Source of the DNA: Verrucomicrobiota bacterium
Lineage (GTDB): Bacteria; Verrucomicrobiota; Verrucomicrobiia; Opitutales; Opitutaceae
Direction: 5' to 3'
Length of the DNA: 64,000 nt
NCBI GenBank assembly: GCA_018239675.1
Contig: JAFEGX010000069.1
Span: forward strand, 1,786 to 65,785
This document shows, piece by piece, positions 16,025-24,721 of this stretch. Numbering within the stretch: position 1 is the first letter of the stretch; every line of letters starts with the position of its first letter. Under the pieces are notes generated by a model. That model saw nothing but the letters and a program-made list of their open reading frames with translations, had not been told where the DNA came from and ran no database searches. Position numbers and translations under genes: made by a program.

Positions 16025-17395
16025 ATGAAAATCGACGCCAAGCTCACACCGGCCAAGCTCCAGAAGAAGATCCACCGGGTCTTCGACCTTGCGGGACAGA
16101 AGATCCGCGCCCTCGACGCGGCCTGGGACCCGGCCAAGGGCACGCCGGTCTTCACCGTCAAGGGCCGGTACACCTCGCGCGGCTGGACCGAGTGGACGCA
16201 GGGCTTCCAGTTCGGCATGGCGTTCCTCCACTTCGACGCGACCGGCGACGAGTCCATGCTCCGCCTCGGCCGCGAGAAGACGCTCAAGCACATGGCGTCG
16301 CACGTCTCGCACATCGGCGTGCATGACCACGGCTTCAACAACGTCTCCACTTATGGCAACCTCCGCCGCCTGATGCTCGAGGGAAAGATCCCTTTCAGCC
16401 GCGACGAGCTGAACTACACCGAGATGGCCCTCAAGGTCTCCGGCGCCGTCCAGGCCGCGCGCTGGTCTACCACCGCCTACGGCACCGGCTACGTCTACTC
16501 GTTCAACGGGCCGCACTCCCTCTTTTCCGACACCATCCGCTCGATGCGCTCGCTCGTCGTCGCCGACCAGCTCGGCCACGTGCTGATGGGCGAGGGGGAC
16601 AAGCCCACGAACCTGCTGCTGCGCGCTATCGAGCACGCCAAGACCACCGCGCGGTTCAACGTCTACTACGGCGAGGGTCGCGACAGCTACGATGTCCGCG
16701 GTCGCGTGGTGCACGAGTCCATCTTCAACCGCAACGACGGCAACTACCGCTGTCCGTCGAGCCAGCAGGGCTTTTCGCCGTTCACCACCTGGACGCGCGG
16801 CGCGGCCTGGATCATCACGGGCTACGCCGAGCAGCTGGAGTTCCTCGACACCGTCAAGGGCGCCGCGCTCGACGCCGCCGGCGGCCGCCGGGCGGTGACG
16901 GATCTCTACCTCAAGGCCGCCCGCGCCACGAGCGACTACTACATTGACGGCTACACCTCCAAGGACGGCATCCCCTACTGGGACACGGGCGCGCTGAACA
17001 CCCACCGGCTCGGCCACTACCAGGCCCGCCCGGCCGATCCCTTTAACGAGCACGAGCCGGTTGACAGCTCGGCGGCGGCGATTGCGGCGCAGGGCCTGAT
17101 CCGCCTCGGCAACTACCTCGCCACGCGCGGCGCGCCGGCCGCCGGCCGGCGCTACCTGCAGGCCGGCCTCACGGTGGCGAACACCCTCTTCGACGAGCCC
17201 TATCTCTCGACCAGCCCGAAGCACCAGGGCCTGCTGCTCCACAGCGTCTACCACCGCCCGAACGGCTGGGATTACGTGCCGAAGGGCCGCCAAGTCCCGT
17301 GCGGCGAATCCTCGATGTGGGGTGATTACCACGCGATGGAATTGGCGCTGCTCATCTCGCGGATGGCCGCGGGCCAGTACTACACGTTCTTCTGA
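16025..17395 (+). CDS. Six-hairpin glycosidase-like protein (GH88/GH105 unsaturated glycuronyl hydrolase-like)
   Basis: 456 aa. 'GWTEWTQGFQFGMAFLHFDATGDE' and 'HDHGFNNVSTYG' resemble GH88 motifs (WTSGFWPG.. / HDLGF..). Confidence 0.6.
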   Translation: MKIDAKLTPAKLQKKIHRVFDLAGQKIRALDAAWDPAKGTPVFTVKGRYTSRGWTEWTQGFQFGMAFLHFDATGDESMLRLGREKTLKHMASHVSHIGVHDHGFNNVSTYGNLRRLMLEGKIPFSRDELNYTEMALKVSGAVQAARWSTTAYGTGYVYSFNGPHSLFSDTIRSMRSLVVADQLGHVLMGEGDKPTNLLLRAIEHAKTTARFNVYYGEGRDSYDVRGRVVHESIFNRNDGNYRCPSSQQGFSPFTTWTRGAAWIITGYAEQLEFLDTVKGAALDAAGGRRAVTDLYLKAARATSDYYIDGYTSKDGIPYWDTGALNTHRLGHYQARPADPFNEHEPVDSSAAAIAAQGLIRLGNYLATRGAPAAGRRYLQAGLTVANTLFDEPYLSTSPKHQGLLLHSVYHRPNGWDYVPKGRQVPCGESSMWGDYHAMELALLISRMAAGQYYTFF

Positions 17396-17401
17396 GCGCC
17401 C

Positions 17402-18220
17402 GTGCCTGTCCCGCTCCTCTACGAGTCCCATTCGCACACCCCGCTCTGCAAGCACGCCACCGGCGAGCCCGTCGAGTATGCGGCCGCCGCGGCCGCGCGG
17501 GGGCTGAAGGGCATCATCTTCACCTGCCACTGCCCGCTGCCCGACGGCATCTCCGCCCCTGTGCGGATGGCGCCGGAGCAGTACGAGGAGTACGTGGCCA
17601 TGATCGGCCTCGCCCGGGAGCAGTTCGCCGGCCGGGTTGATGTCCGGCTCGGGCTCGAGAGCGACTACTTCCCCGGTCTGGAGGGCTGGCTCGAGCAGCT
17701 CCATGCGCGCCACCCGCTGCACCACGTCCTCGGCTCGGTGCACATGCAGGTGCCCGAGTACAAGGCGCGGTATTTCCGCGGCGACTGGTTCGAGTACCAG
17801 CAGACCTACTTCCAGCACCTCGCGCAGTCGGCGGAATGCGGGTTGTTCGACACGCTGGCCCATCCCGACCTCGTGAAGAACGAGGCGCCGGCCGAGTGGA
17901 ATTTCGCCCGCATCCGCCCGTTCATCGAGCGGGCGCTGGACCGCATTGCGGCGACCGGCGTCGCGATGGAGCTCAACACCAGCGGACTCCAGAAAGCCAT
18001 CTCCGAGATGAATCCCAGCCCGACCATGCTCGGCCTGATGCGCGAGCGCGGCATTCCCGTGGTGATCGGCGCGGATGCCCACGCCGTCCGCCGGGTGGGC
18101 GCCGACTACGGCAACGCGCTACGGCTGCTGCAGGCCGCCGGATACAAGGAAGTGAGCTACTTCCTCGAGCGGAAGCGCCGCACCATCCCCATCACGGACG
18201 CCCTCGCTTCGCTCGCGTAA
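17402..18220 (+). CDS. hisK: Histidinol-phosphatase, PHP family (HisK/HisJ type)
   Basis: 'YESHSHTPLCKHA', 'VLGSVH', 'LAHPD' and 'MELNTSG..GADAH' PHP metal-binding motifs. GTG start. Confidence 0.8.
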   Translation: MPVPLLYESHSHTPLCKHATGEPVEYAAAAAARGLKGIIFTCHCPLPDGISAPVRMAPEQYEEYVAMIGLAREQFAGRVDVRLGLESDYFPGLEGWLEQLHARHPLHHVLGSVHMQVPEYKARYFRGDWFEYQQTYFQHLAQSAECGLFDTLAHPDLVKNEAPAEWNFARIRPFIERALDRIAATGVAMELNTSGLQKAISEMNPSPTMLGLMRERGIPVVIGADAHAVRRVGADYGNALRLLQAAGYKEVSYFLERKRRTIPITDALASLA

Positions 18221-18291
18221 GATAGAGTGGGAGCCTCTGACTTTGGATCTGGTGGTGCTGGGCCACGTTTTCTGGGGCGACTCGCGGCTTC

Positions 18292-18331
18292 GGTTTGCCA
18301 CAAAGGGCGCGAAGCTCACGAAGCCCAAGCC
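18292..18331. repeat. CACGAAG-word element (family B)
   Basis: GGTTTGCCACAAAGGGCGCGAAGCTCACGAAGCCCAAGCC. Near-identical in inverted orientation at 34213-34253. Related copies at 44923-44958, 45128-45162 and 53144-53233. Confidence 0.7.
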
Positions 18332-18436
18332 TCTTTTTGGTTCAGACCCAAACCTGAACCTCGCTCCACCAATCGCGGCGACGCCATCTGGGGCGCTTCG
18401 CGCTCTTCGTGATAACTATCAGCCCGGGTCCGCGCC

Positions 18437-19414
18437 TCAACCCAGCACCTGGGTGATGAAGGCCTGGTCGGCCGGACTGAGTTCGCGGTCCGCGCCGGCG
18501 AGGTTGCAGGCGACCTGGCGCTCGTTGCGGAAGCCTGGGATCACGCAGGCGAGGTTGGGGTGATTCAGGACATACCGCTGCGCGACCGCCGCGAGGTCCT
18601 CGGCGGTGGCGCCAAAGCGGGCCTTTAGCTGCGCCAGCTTCGGCTTCAGCGCCCGGAGCTTCTCCGCGGTGAAGCGCCCGCTGTTGCGCCGGTGGTCACC
18701 CTCCTCGAACTGCGGCGGCTTCTCCGGGTCGAATTTGTCGAGCAGTAGTCCCTGTGCCAGCGGGCCGAATGCCACGAAGGTCATGCCGTGCTCCGCCAGC
18801 AGGCGCGGCACTACGCCACCCGGACGGATGAAGTCCGGGGCGAGGGCGTTGGCCCAGGACTGGAGCACCGCGGGTTTCACGACCGGCACCGCCCGCGTGA
18901 AATCCTTCTCGGAGTACGCGCTCTGGCCCTTGAGCCGGACCTTGCCCTCCCGCACCAGCGCATCGAGCGTGTCGGCGGCCCCCTGCAGCCATTCGCCCTG
19001 CGGCCCAAAGTCGCCGTGGTGCAGGTAGTAGAGGTCGATGTAGTCGCGCCCGAGATTCTTGAGCGACTGCTCGCACTGGTGCCGGATGTGCAGCGGGTCG
19101 TAGGCGTGTTCCGCGGTGCCGGGAAAGTGCCCGATCTTGGTCGCGATGATGTAGTCGGTGGACCGGAGACCCAGGCGCTTCAGCACCCGCGCCAGCATCC
19201 GCTCGGCCTTGCCGTTGCCATAGACGTCGGCGTTGTCGAAGTGGTTCACGCCCGCATCCACCGCCTTCCGAATCGCCGCCGTGATCTCGTCCTCGTTCAC
19301 GTTCGCCCAGCCGTTCGGCGTGCCATTCACCCAGTTGAGCCCGCCCATCGTCCAGCAGCCCAGGCTGATCTCCGAAACCTTGAGGTCGCTGCGTCCCAGC
19401 GGTCGGTATTTCAT
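18437..19414 (-). CDS. Aldo/keto reductase
   Basis: 'MKYRPLGRSDLKVSEISLGCWTMGG', 'FDNADVYGNGKAE' and 'IDLYYLHH'. Start trimmed to the ATG at 19414. Confidence 0.85.
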   Translation of the reverse strand: MKYRPLGRSDLKVSEISLGCWTMGGLNWVNGTPNGWANVNEDEITAAIRKAVDAGVNHFDNADVYGNGKAERMLARVLKRLGLRSTDYIIATKIGHFPGTAEHAYDPLHIRHQCEQSLKNLGRDYIDLYYLHHGDFGPQGEWLQGAADTLDALVREGKVRLKGQSAYSEKDFTRAVPVVKPAVLQSWANALAPDFIRPGGVVPRLLAEHGMTFVAFGPLAQGLLLDKFDPEKPPQFEEGDHRRNSGRFTAEKLRALKPKLAQLKARFGATAEDLAAVAQRYVLNHPNLACVIPGFRNERQVACNLAGADRELSPADQAFITQVLG

Positions 19415-19506
19415 GGGCGCGAGGACAACGCCGCTGGGCCGCCGCCTCAATTCCATACTGCTCGAACGGTCCGACGAAAAGGCTGTCCTTTAACCCGCCA
19501 ACGCCT

Positions 19507-20571
19507 ATGCACCGCGGGGTGCGCACCCGGCCCGTCAATCTCTACGACCTGACCCGCGAGGAGCTCCGGCTCCAGCTGGTGCGCTGGGAGGTGAACCCCT
19601 TCCATACGGCGCAGCTCTGGAACTATCTCTACCTCCAGCTGGCCGATTCGTTCGCCGCCATGACCGACCTGCCGGCCCGGGTGCGGACCGTGCTGGAGCG
19701 CGAGGCCCGGCTGGGCGTGCTGCCCACCGCGCTGGAGACCGACTCGAGCGACGGCTTCACGCGGAAGTATCTGCTGCGACTCGACGACGACCACCGCATC
19801 GAGACCGTGCTGATGCGGTTCACCGGCCGCGTGACCGCCTGCATCTCGAGCCAGGTCGGCTGCGCGATGGGCTGTGTGTTCTGCGCGACCGGCCAGATGG
19901 GTTACACCCGGCACCTGACCGCCGGCGAGATCGTGGCGCAGGCGGTGCACATCGCGCGCGCCCTCCGCTCCGCCCGCGAGCCCCACCGCCTGCGCAACGT
20001 CGTGCTGATGGGCATGGGCGAGCCGCTGCACAACTATGATGCCGTGATGCACGCCGTGGACATCCTGCGCGACGAGGCCGGCCTCGCGCTGGGCGCGGGT
20101 CGCATCACGCTCAGCACCGTGGGCGTGGTGCCCGGCATCCTGCGGCTCGCGCGCGAGTCGCGCCCGCTTCACCTTGCCGTCTCCCTCCACGCCGCCACCC
20201 AGGCCGAGCGCGCGGCCCTGGTTCCCGCGGCAAAGAAATGGCCCCTCGATGAACTCATGGCGGCCTGCCGCGCCTACAGTGAACAGACGGGGCGCCGGAT
20301 TTTCTATGAGTGGACGCTGATCGCCGGGCAGAACGACACGCCGGACCACGCGCGGGCGGTGGGTCGCCTGCTGCAGGGCCTGCCCGCGCAGGTGAACCTC
20401 ATCCCGCTCAATCCCACCGCCGGCTACGGTGGCGCGCCGACCAAGACAGACGCCGCCCGGCACTTTCAGCAGGTTCTCGCCCACGAATTCCAGCTGCCCA
20501 GCACGGTTCGCCAGCGGCGCGGCATCGACATTGCCGCGGGCTGCGGACAGCTCGCCGTCTCCGCGAGCTAG
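19507..20571 (+). CDS. rlmN: 23S rRNA/tRNA adenine-C2 methyltransferase, radical SAM (RlmN)
   Basis: 'CISSQVGCAMGCVFCATGQMG' CxxxCxxC, 'NVVLMGMGEPL' and 'NLIPLNP..' are typical RlmN/Cfr family motifs. Confidence 0.9.
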   Translation: MHRGVRTRPVNLYDLTREELRLQLVRWEVNPFHTAQLWNYLYLQLADSFAAMTDLPARVRTVLEREARLGVLPTALETDSSDGFTRKYLLRLDDDHRIETVLMRFTGRVTACISSQVGCAMGCVFCATGQMGYTRHLTAGEIVAQAVHIARALRSAREPHRLRNVVLMGMGEPLHNYDAVMHAVDILRDEAGLALGAGRITLSTVGVVPGILRLARESRPLHLAVSLHAATQAERAALVPAAKKWPLDELMAACRAYSEQTGRRIFYEWTLIAGQNDTPDHARAVGRLLQGLPAQVNLIPLNPTAGYGGAPTKTDAARHFQQVLAHEFQLPSTVRQRRGIDIAAGCGQLAVSAS

Positions 20572-20608
20572 GAAATCTTCAATTCTTCAATTCAGTCTGG
20601 TCGCGTGA

Positions 20609-20724
20609 GTCACAGAGATCACGGAGGGAGCACCGAGATCACGGAGTACAAGCCTCCCAAGCAGTTCCGGGCGCAAATCTGACTGACCTTGTGACCTCCG
20701 GATCGTCTCAGTGCACTCTGTGAC
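20609..20724. repeat. CACGGAG/CACAGAG-word hairpin element (family A variant), ~116 nt with terminal inverted repeats
   Basis: GTCACAGAG (20609-20617) and CTCTGTGAC (20716-20724) are perfect inverted termini. Internal words are GATCACGGAG x2 and inverted CCTCCGGATC. Sits between the convergent rlmN and aroG. Preceded by CTTCAATTCTTCAATTC (20576-20592). Confidence 0.7.
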
Positions 20725-20740
20725 CCAAATCTGGCCCGGC

Positions 20741-21799
20741 TCATTTCCGCCCGCGCCGCGCCTGCACGGCCGCGGCCAGCTGGGCGAAGAGCGGCAGGGT
20801 CTTTTCCCACGCGAGGCAGCCATCCGTGATGCTGCGCCCATAGAGCAGCGGCTTCGCCTGGTAGTCCTGCGCGCCGCCGAGGAGATTGCTTTCAATCATC
20901 ACGGCCGCGATCGCCCGCTCGCCCCCGGAAATCTGCGCCACCAAGTCGGTCACGACCTCGGGCTGGCGCTCGGGATCCTTGCCGCTGTTCGCATGGCTGC
21001 AGTCCACCATCACATGCGGCGCCAGCTGGTTCTTGCGCAGGAGGGCCGCCGCGGCGGCGATGGCGGGCGCCGCGAAATTGGGACCTTGGGTGCCCCCGCG
21101 CAGCACGAGGTGCGCGTGCTCGTTGCCCGCCGTGCCCATCACCGCCGGCGCACCCTCGCGGGTGAGCGACGGAAACCAGTGCGGGTGCCGGGCTGAGCGA
21201 ATCGCGTCCACCGCCACCTGGATGTCGCCATCCGTGCGGTTCTTGAATCCCACAGGCATCGAAAGACCCGACGCGAGTTCGCGGTGCACCTGGCTCTCGA
21301 CTGTCCGCGCGCCGATCGCGCCCCAGGAGACGAGGTCCGCGTAGTACTGGCCGAGGGTGGTGTCGAGGAACTCGGTCGCCACCGGCACGCCCAGGCCGGT
21401 CACGTCGATCATCAGCTTCCGCGCGAGCCGGAGGCCGGCGTTGATCTGGAAACTGCCGTCGAGGAATGGGTCATTGATTAGGCCTTTCCAGCCGACCACG
21501 GTGCGCGGCTTCTCAAAGTAGACCCGCATCACCAGCAGCAGGTCGCCGGCATAGAGCGCCGCCACCTCCCGCAGCCTCTGCGCGTACTCCACCGCCGCGG
21601 CCGGGTCGTGGATGGAACACGGGCCGACCACCACCAGTAGGCGCGAGTCGCGTCCGGTCACGATCGCCTCGACTTCGCGCCGGGTGCGCGAGACCAGCGC
21701 CGCCCGGGCGTCGTCGACCGGCAGGTCGTCCTCCAGCACGGCCGGGGCGATCAGCGGCTTGGTGGCGCGGATGCGCAGGTCGGAGGTGGAAGGGTGCAT
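20741..21799 (-). CDS. aroG: 3-deoxy-7-phosphoheptulonate (DAHP) synthase, class I
   Basis: 'IRATKPLIAPAVL', 'LLVVVGPCSIHD', 'RVYFEKPRTVVGWKGL' and 'VDCSHANS' are typical AroF/G/H motifs. The isozyme cannot be assigned. Start at the ATG at 21799. Confidence 0.9.
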   Translation of the reverse strand: MHPSTSDLRIRATKPLIAPAVLEDDLPVDDARAALVSRTRREVEAIVTGRDSRLLVVVGPCSIHDPAAAVEYAQRLREVAALYAGDLLLVMRVYFEKPRTVVGWKGLINDPFLDGSFQINAGLRLARKLMIDVTGLGVPVATEFLDTTLGQYYADLVSWGAIGARTVESQVHRELASGLSMPVGFKNRTDGDIQVAVDAIRSARHPHWFPSLTREGAPAVMGTAGNEHAHLVLRGGTQGPNFAAPAIAAAAALLRKNQLAPHVMVDCSHANSGKDPERQPEVVTDLVAQISGGERAIAAVMIESNLLGGAQDYQAKPLLYGRSITDGCLAWEKTLPLFAQLAAAVQARRGRK

Positions 21800-21863
21800 G
21801 GGACCGGGAAGCGTACGGGCAATCCGCCGCGCCGCCATCTTTTCCGCGCCGTGGCGGCAAGCC

Positions 21864-23192
21864 CTACCCGAGCGCCTCGCGGGCCTGTTTCACCAGCGGC
21901 GTCGGCCGCAGCTGGATCTCCGCCAGCGGCCCGACCAGACCATGGCGGCGCGCGGCCGCGCTGAGGGTCAGCCAGGCCAGCGAGGCCGCCTCGCTGCCCA
22001 CCGCCTGCTCCGCCGCGGAGTTCACCACGGCGCTGGGCAGCACCAGCTGCTCGCGGGCCAGCAGTTCCTTGTCCGCCAGGAAGAGGCTCAGCGACGAGCC
22101 CAGGGTGGCCAGCCAGGCCGCCGGATGGGACGGCGGGGAATAGGTGAGGCCGGAACTCTCGGGACTCCACTCCATGAAGCTGCGGATGTGCTCGTGCAGC
22201 TGCGTGAGTTCGCTGTCCGCCGTCGCCGGCGTCCAGCGCAGCTTGATCGTCTTCCGCTCGCGGAACTTTTTCACCTCAAACACCCGGAGCACCAGCTCGT
22301 GGTCTCCGCCGGTCACCTTGAGCGCGCCGGTGAAGATGTAGTCGAGCCCGCCCTCCGTCGTCTCGGCCAGCTGGCGCAGGTTCTCCATTGACCATTCCGC
22401 CCCGACCACCACGTGGTGCTTCCGGTCCATGACGCCAATCACCGCGATGGGGGAGTAGTGCGCGGAAAAGTAGAAGGTCTCGGCCAGCCAGAGCGGGATC
22501 GCCCGCGTGAGCCGGCCCTCGTCGGTCTCGGGCCGCGCCATCAGCTCGTCGAGATCAGGCACGCCGAGCAGCGCGAGCTGGGTGAAGGCAACGCGCCGGA
22601 GCTTCTCGCCCTTGGCCGGGAGAATCTGCGTGGAGAGTGACTCGAGGCCGTAGGACCAGATGGGCCGGCTGAGGCTGACGAAGTTGACCTTCGGCGCCTC
22701 CGCGCCCTCGGCCGCCGCGGGCGCGTGGTCCACGGGCCGGGCTCCAGTGTGGATCAGCTCGGCGATTGCATTCGAGAAGCCATGGAGCCGGTCCTCGAGT
22801 TCCGGACGCTGCAGGGCGAAGAGGATGTCCAACACGTGCTGCGCGGCGTCCGCTTGGCGCAGCGCCAGGTAGGCCTGCACCAGGTTCAGCCCGGTCGCGG
22901 GTCCGTGCCGCTCCGCGTCGTAGCGCGGGGCCACGAGTTCCACGATTTGCTGCACGTGGCCCGTGACCCCGAGGTCGCCGGAGATGGTCACGAGCACGTC
23001 CGCGCGGTCGCCCGCCGAGGCCAGCACCTGCTCGTAGATCGCCAGGGCGCCGGGCAGGTCTTTCGCCTCGAGGCGCTCGCGGGCGGTGACGAGCTGCGGC
23101 AGCACACCGCCGCCGGAGGCCGAGGGTTCGGCCGGCGCGGGCTGGCTTTCGGCCGGGTTGGACTTGGAAAGGAAGCGATCGAAAAACCCCAT
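21864..23192 (-). CDS. Hypothetical protein (442 aa), downstream partner of the rhombosortase-like gene
   Basis: Starts MGFFDRFLSKSNP.. at the ATG at 23192. The rest of track ORF 21864..23891 upstream overlaps the rhomboid gene out of frame. The N-terminal third is TPR-like. No recognisable catalytic motif. Confidence 0.6.
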   Translation of the reverse strand: MGFFDRFLSKSNPAESQPAPAEPSASGGGVLPQLVTARERLEAKDLPGALAIYEQVLASAGDRADVLVTISGDLGVTGHVQQIVELVAPRYDAERHGPATGLNLVQAYLALRQADAAQHVLDILFALQRPELEDRLHGFSNAIAELIHTGARPVDHAPAAAEGAEAPKVNFVSLSRPIWSYGLESLSTQILPAKGEKLRRVAFTQLALLGVPDLDELMARPETDEGRLTRAIPLWLAETFYFSAHYSPIAVIGVMDRKHHVVVGAEWSMENLRQLAETTEGGLDYIFTGALKVTGGDHELVLRVFEVKKFRERKTIKLRWTPATADSELTQLHEHIRSFMEWSPESSGLTYSPPSHPAAWLATLGSSLSLFLADKELLAREQLVLPSAVVNSAAEQAVGSEAASLAWLTLSAAARRHGLVGPLAEIQLRPTPLVKQAREALG

Positions 23193-23206
23193 GGCGACCG
23201 AGCAAA

Positions 23207-23827
23207 TCAGCGGGGCGACGGCTGGCGACGCAAAACCCGGCGGCGCGGCCAGTGGACCATCAGGGCCGCGGCGACTCCCGCCACGTGGGACCACGGCGCC
23301 GTGCGGATCTCCGGCTGGCTGAACCGGGCAAAGAGCGACTGCCCGGCCTGCGACTCGACGGCGATCTTCAGGACCAGCAGCACGAGCACGCCCCACCAGA
23401 ACCAGGGATCGGGGACCTTCCGGGCAAGCTGCTCGAACGCCAGCAGCGCCAGCACGCCCGCCGCCAGGCCCGAGAGGCCGGCATAGCGCATGAGGCTGGG
23501 GTCCGCGACGTACAGCGTCGTGCCGATGACCAGCGGGCCGATCACCAGAAACCAGCGGGCCGGCCCGGGCGAGATGCGCTCCAGCCACACCCCCGCGGCC
23601 AGGAACACGACGAGGTTCCAGGCCAGATGGCTCGGGCTGAAATGAACCCAGCTGCCGGTCCAGATCCGCCACCACTCGCCGCCCCGGATCGCAAGCCGGT
23701 CGAAGATCAGCCGGTCCTCCAGCGTCGAACTGGCGTAGACGACCAGCGCCAGCGCTGCCGCCAGCAGCGTGGCCCAGGGAAAGCTCGCTTTTGCGGCCGG
23801 CGGATTCACGCGCGTCGCCGGATCCAT
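23207..23827 (-). CDS. Rhomboid-family intramembrane serine protease, rhombosortase-like
   Basis: 206 aa, ~6 TM. 'EWWRIWTGSWVHFSPSHLAWN', catalytic-type 'YAGLSGLAAG' (GxSG) and 'WSHVAGVAAAL' (His). Adjacent to a protein with a GlyGly-CTERM-like tail. Confidence 0.75.
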   Translation of the reverse strand: MDPATRVNPPAAKASFPWATLLAAALALVVYASSTLEDRLIFDRLAIRGGEWWRIWTGSWVHFSPSHLAWNLVVFLAAGVWLERISPGPARWFLVIGPLVIGTTLYVADPSLMRYAGLSGLAAGVLALLAFEQLARKVPDPWFWWGVLVLLVLKIAVESQAGQSLFARFSQPEIRTAPWSHVAGVAAALMVHWPRRRVLRRQPSPR

Positions 23828-24669
23828 CGCGCCAGCGCCAGCAGTCCCAGCAGGCCGGCGAGGGCCCCGCCGGTCGCGCCGCCGCCGACATAGCCCGGCC
23901 GGTGCTCGATCTGCACTTCCCCCGGCGACTGCTTCACGCGCTCGCGGAATTCGTCCAGCTGGATCTTCAGGTTGGCGATGAGCTCGTCCGTCGCGGCGTC
24001 GAATCCCCGCGCGCTGTCGTAGCGCAGGTGGTCGCCGAGATACTCGCCCGCCGCCGAGGCGCGCACCAGGCTCGCGCCGGGCGCCCGGAAGAGCAGGTGA
24101 CGGCTCTCGATGTCATACACCGCCGCCTCCATCAGGGTGTGCGTGTCGTTCTGGTTTCCCTGGAAGATATAGGCGCCGACGATCGTCCAGTAGGTCAGCG
24201 AGAGCAGGTTGCTGCTCGTGAACTGGACCTGATCGTAGGCCACGAGCGCGATCACGTCGATGCGGAGCATGTTGCGCAGCTGCTCGAGGTTCGCGAAGCC
24301 TCCGCCCGGGCGGAGGTAGGTCGAGGGGATGATCTCGATCGACTGGATGAAAGGGTACGCCTTGAACTCCTCCGCCACGCGCTGCATGAGCACGGTCTTC
24401 TGGATCTCGGTGATGCCGGACTGCGCGACGTACGGGTTCCTCTCCGAGCCCGACGGCACAAACGCGATGCCGACCCGCAGCGGCAAGCGCAGCACCGGGA
24501 TGCTCGTCGGCGGCAGGGGGTTCTCCTCGCCGGGATATAGGAAGCTCACGACACTGCTCGAGCGGTCCGCCTTGCGGTGCGTGCCGTAGAAATAATAGCA
24601 GCCGCTCAAGCTGACCGCCACCAGCAGGGTCAGCGCCATCATGGGCAGGGTTGCGCGGGTAACTCTCAT
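23806..24669 (-). CDS. Lipoprotein with a C-terminal GlyGly-CTERM-like sorting tail (putative rhombosortase substrate)
   Basis: Start at the ATG at 24669. The lipobox 'VAVSLSGC' is followed by a soluble domain. The C-terminus 'GYVGGGATGGALAGLLGLLALARWIRRRA' is a Gly-rich motif plus TM helix plus Arg cluster. Overlaps the rhomboid gene start by 22 nt. Confidence 0.75.
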   Translation of the reverse strand: MRVTRATLPMMALTLLVAVSLSGCYYFYGTHRKADRSSSVVSFLYPGEENPLPPTSIPVLRLPLRVGIAFVPSGSERNPYVAQSGITEIQKTVLMQRVAEEFKAYPFIQSIEIIPSTYLRPGGGFANLEQLRNMLRIDVIALVAYDQVQFTSSNLLSLTYWTIVGAYIFQGNQNDTHTLMEAAVYDIESRHLLFRAPGASLVRASAAGEYLGDHLRYDSARGFDAATDELIANLKIQLDEFRERVKQSPGEVQIEHRPGYVGGGATGGALAGLLGLLALARWIRRRA

Positions 24670-24721
24670 GCGAGCGAGCCTGTCCCCGAGGCGACCGGTT
24701 TCAACGGGAAAGCCGCTGTTT

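Noticed and set aside
15215-18082. 955-aa ORF that would fuse MarC to a long N-terminal region. Analogous over-extended ORFs are 12457..13716, 21864..23891, 36623..38257, 46990..49539, 54545..56356 and 56218..57993.
   Set aside because: Only the C-terminal parts show family motifs and hydrophobic or codon periodicity. The N-terminal extensions overlap well-supported genes on the other strand or run through repeat DNA. Internal ATG/GTG starts give normal-length proteins.
20573-20724. Possible CRISPR array, suggested by the tandem short 'words' here and at the other repeat loci.
   Set aside because: The units are only 7-10 nt. They are immediately adjacent or mirrored as hairpin arms, with no uniform 25-40-nt spacers. 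No cas genes are in the window.
23806-23827. 22-nt overlap between the GlyGly-CTERM lipoprotein gene end and the rhomboid gene start, as a possible frameshift or fusion.
   Set aside because: The two frames differ and each protein is complete (a C-terminal basic cluster followed by a stop; a rhomboid N-terminus of normal length). The overlap is more simply explained by translational coupling or a slightly later rhomboid start.
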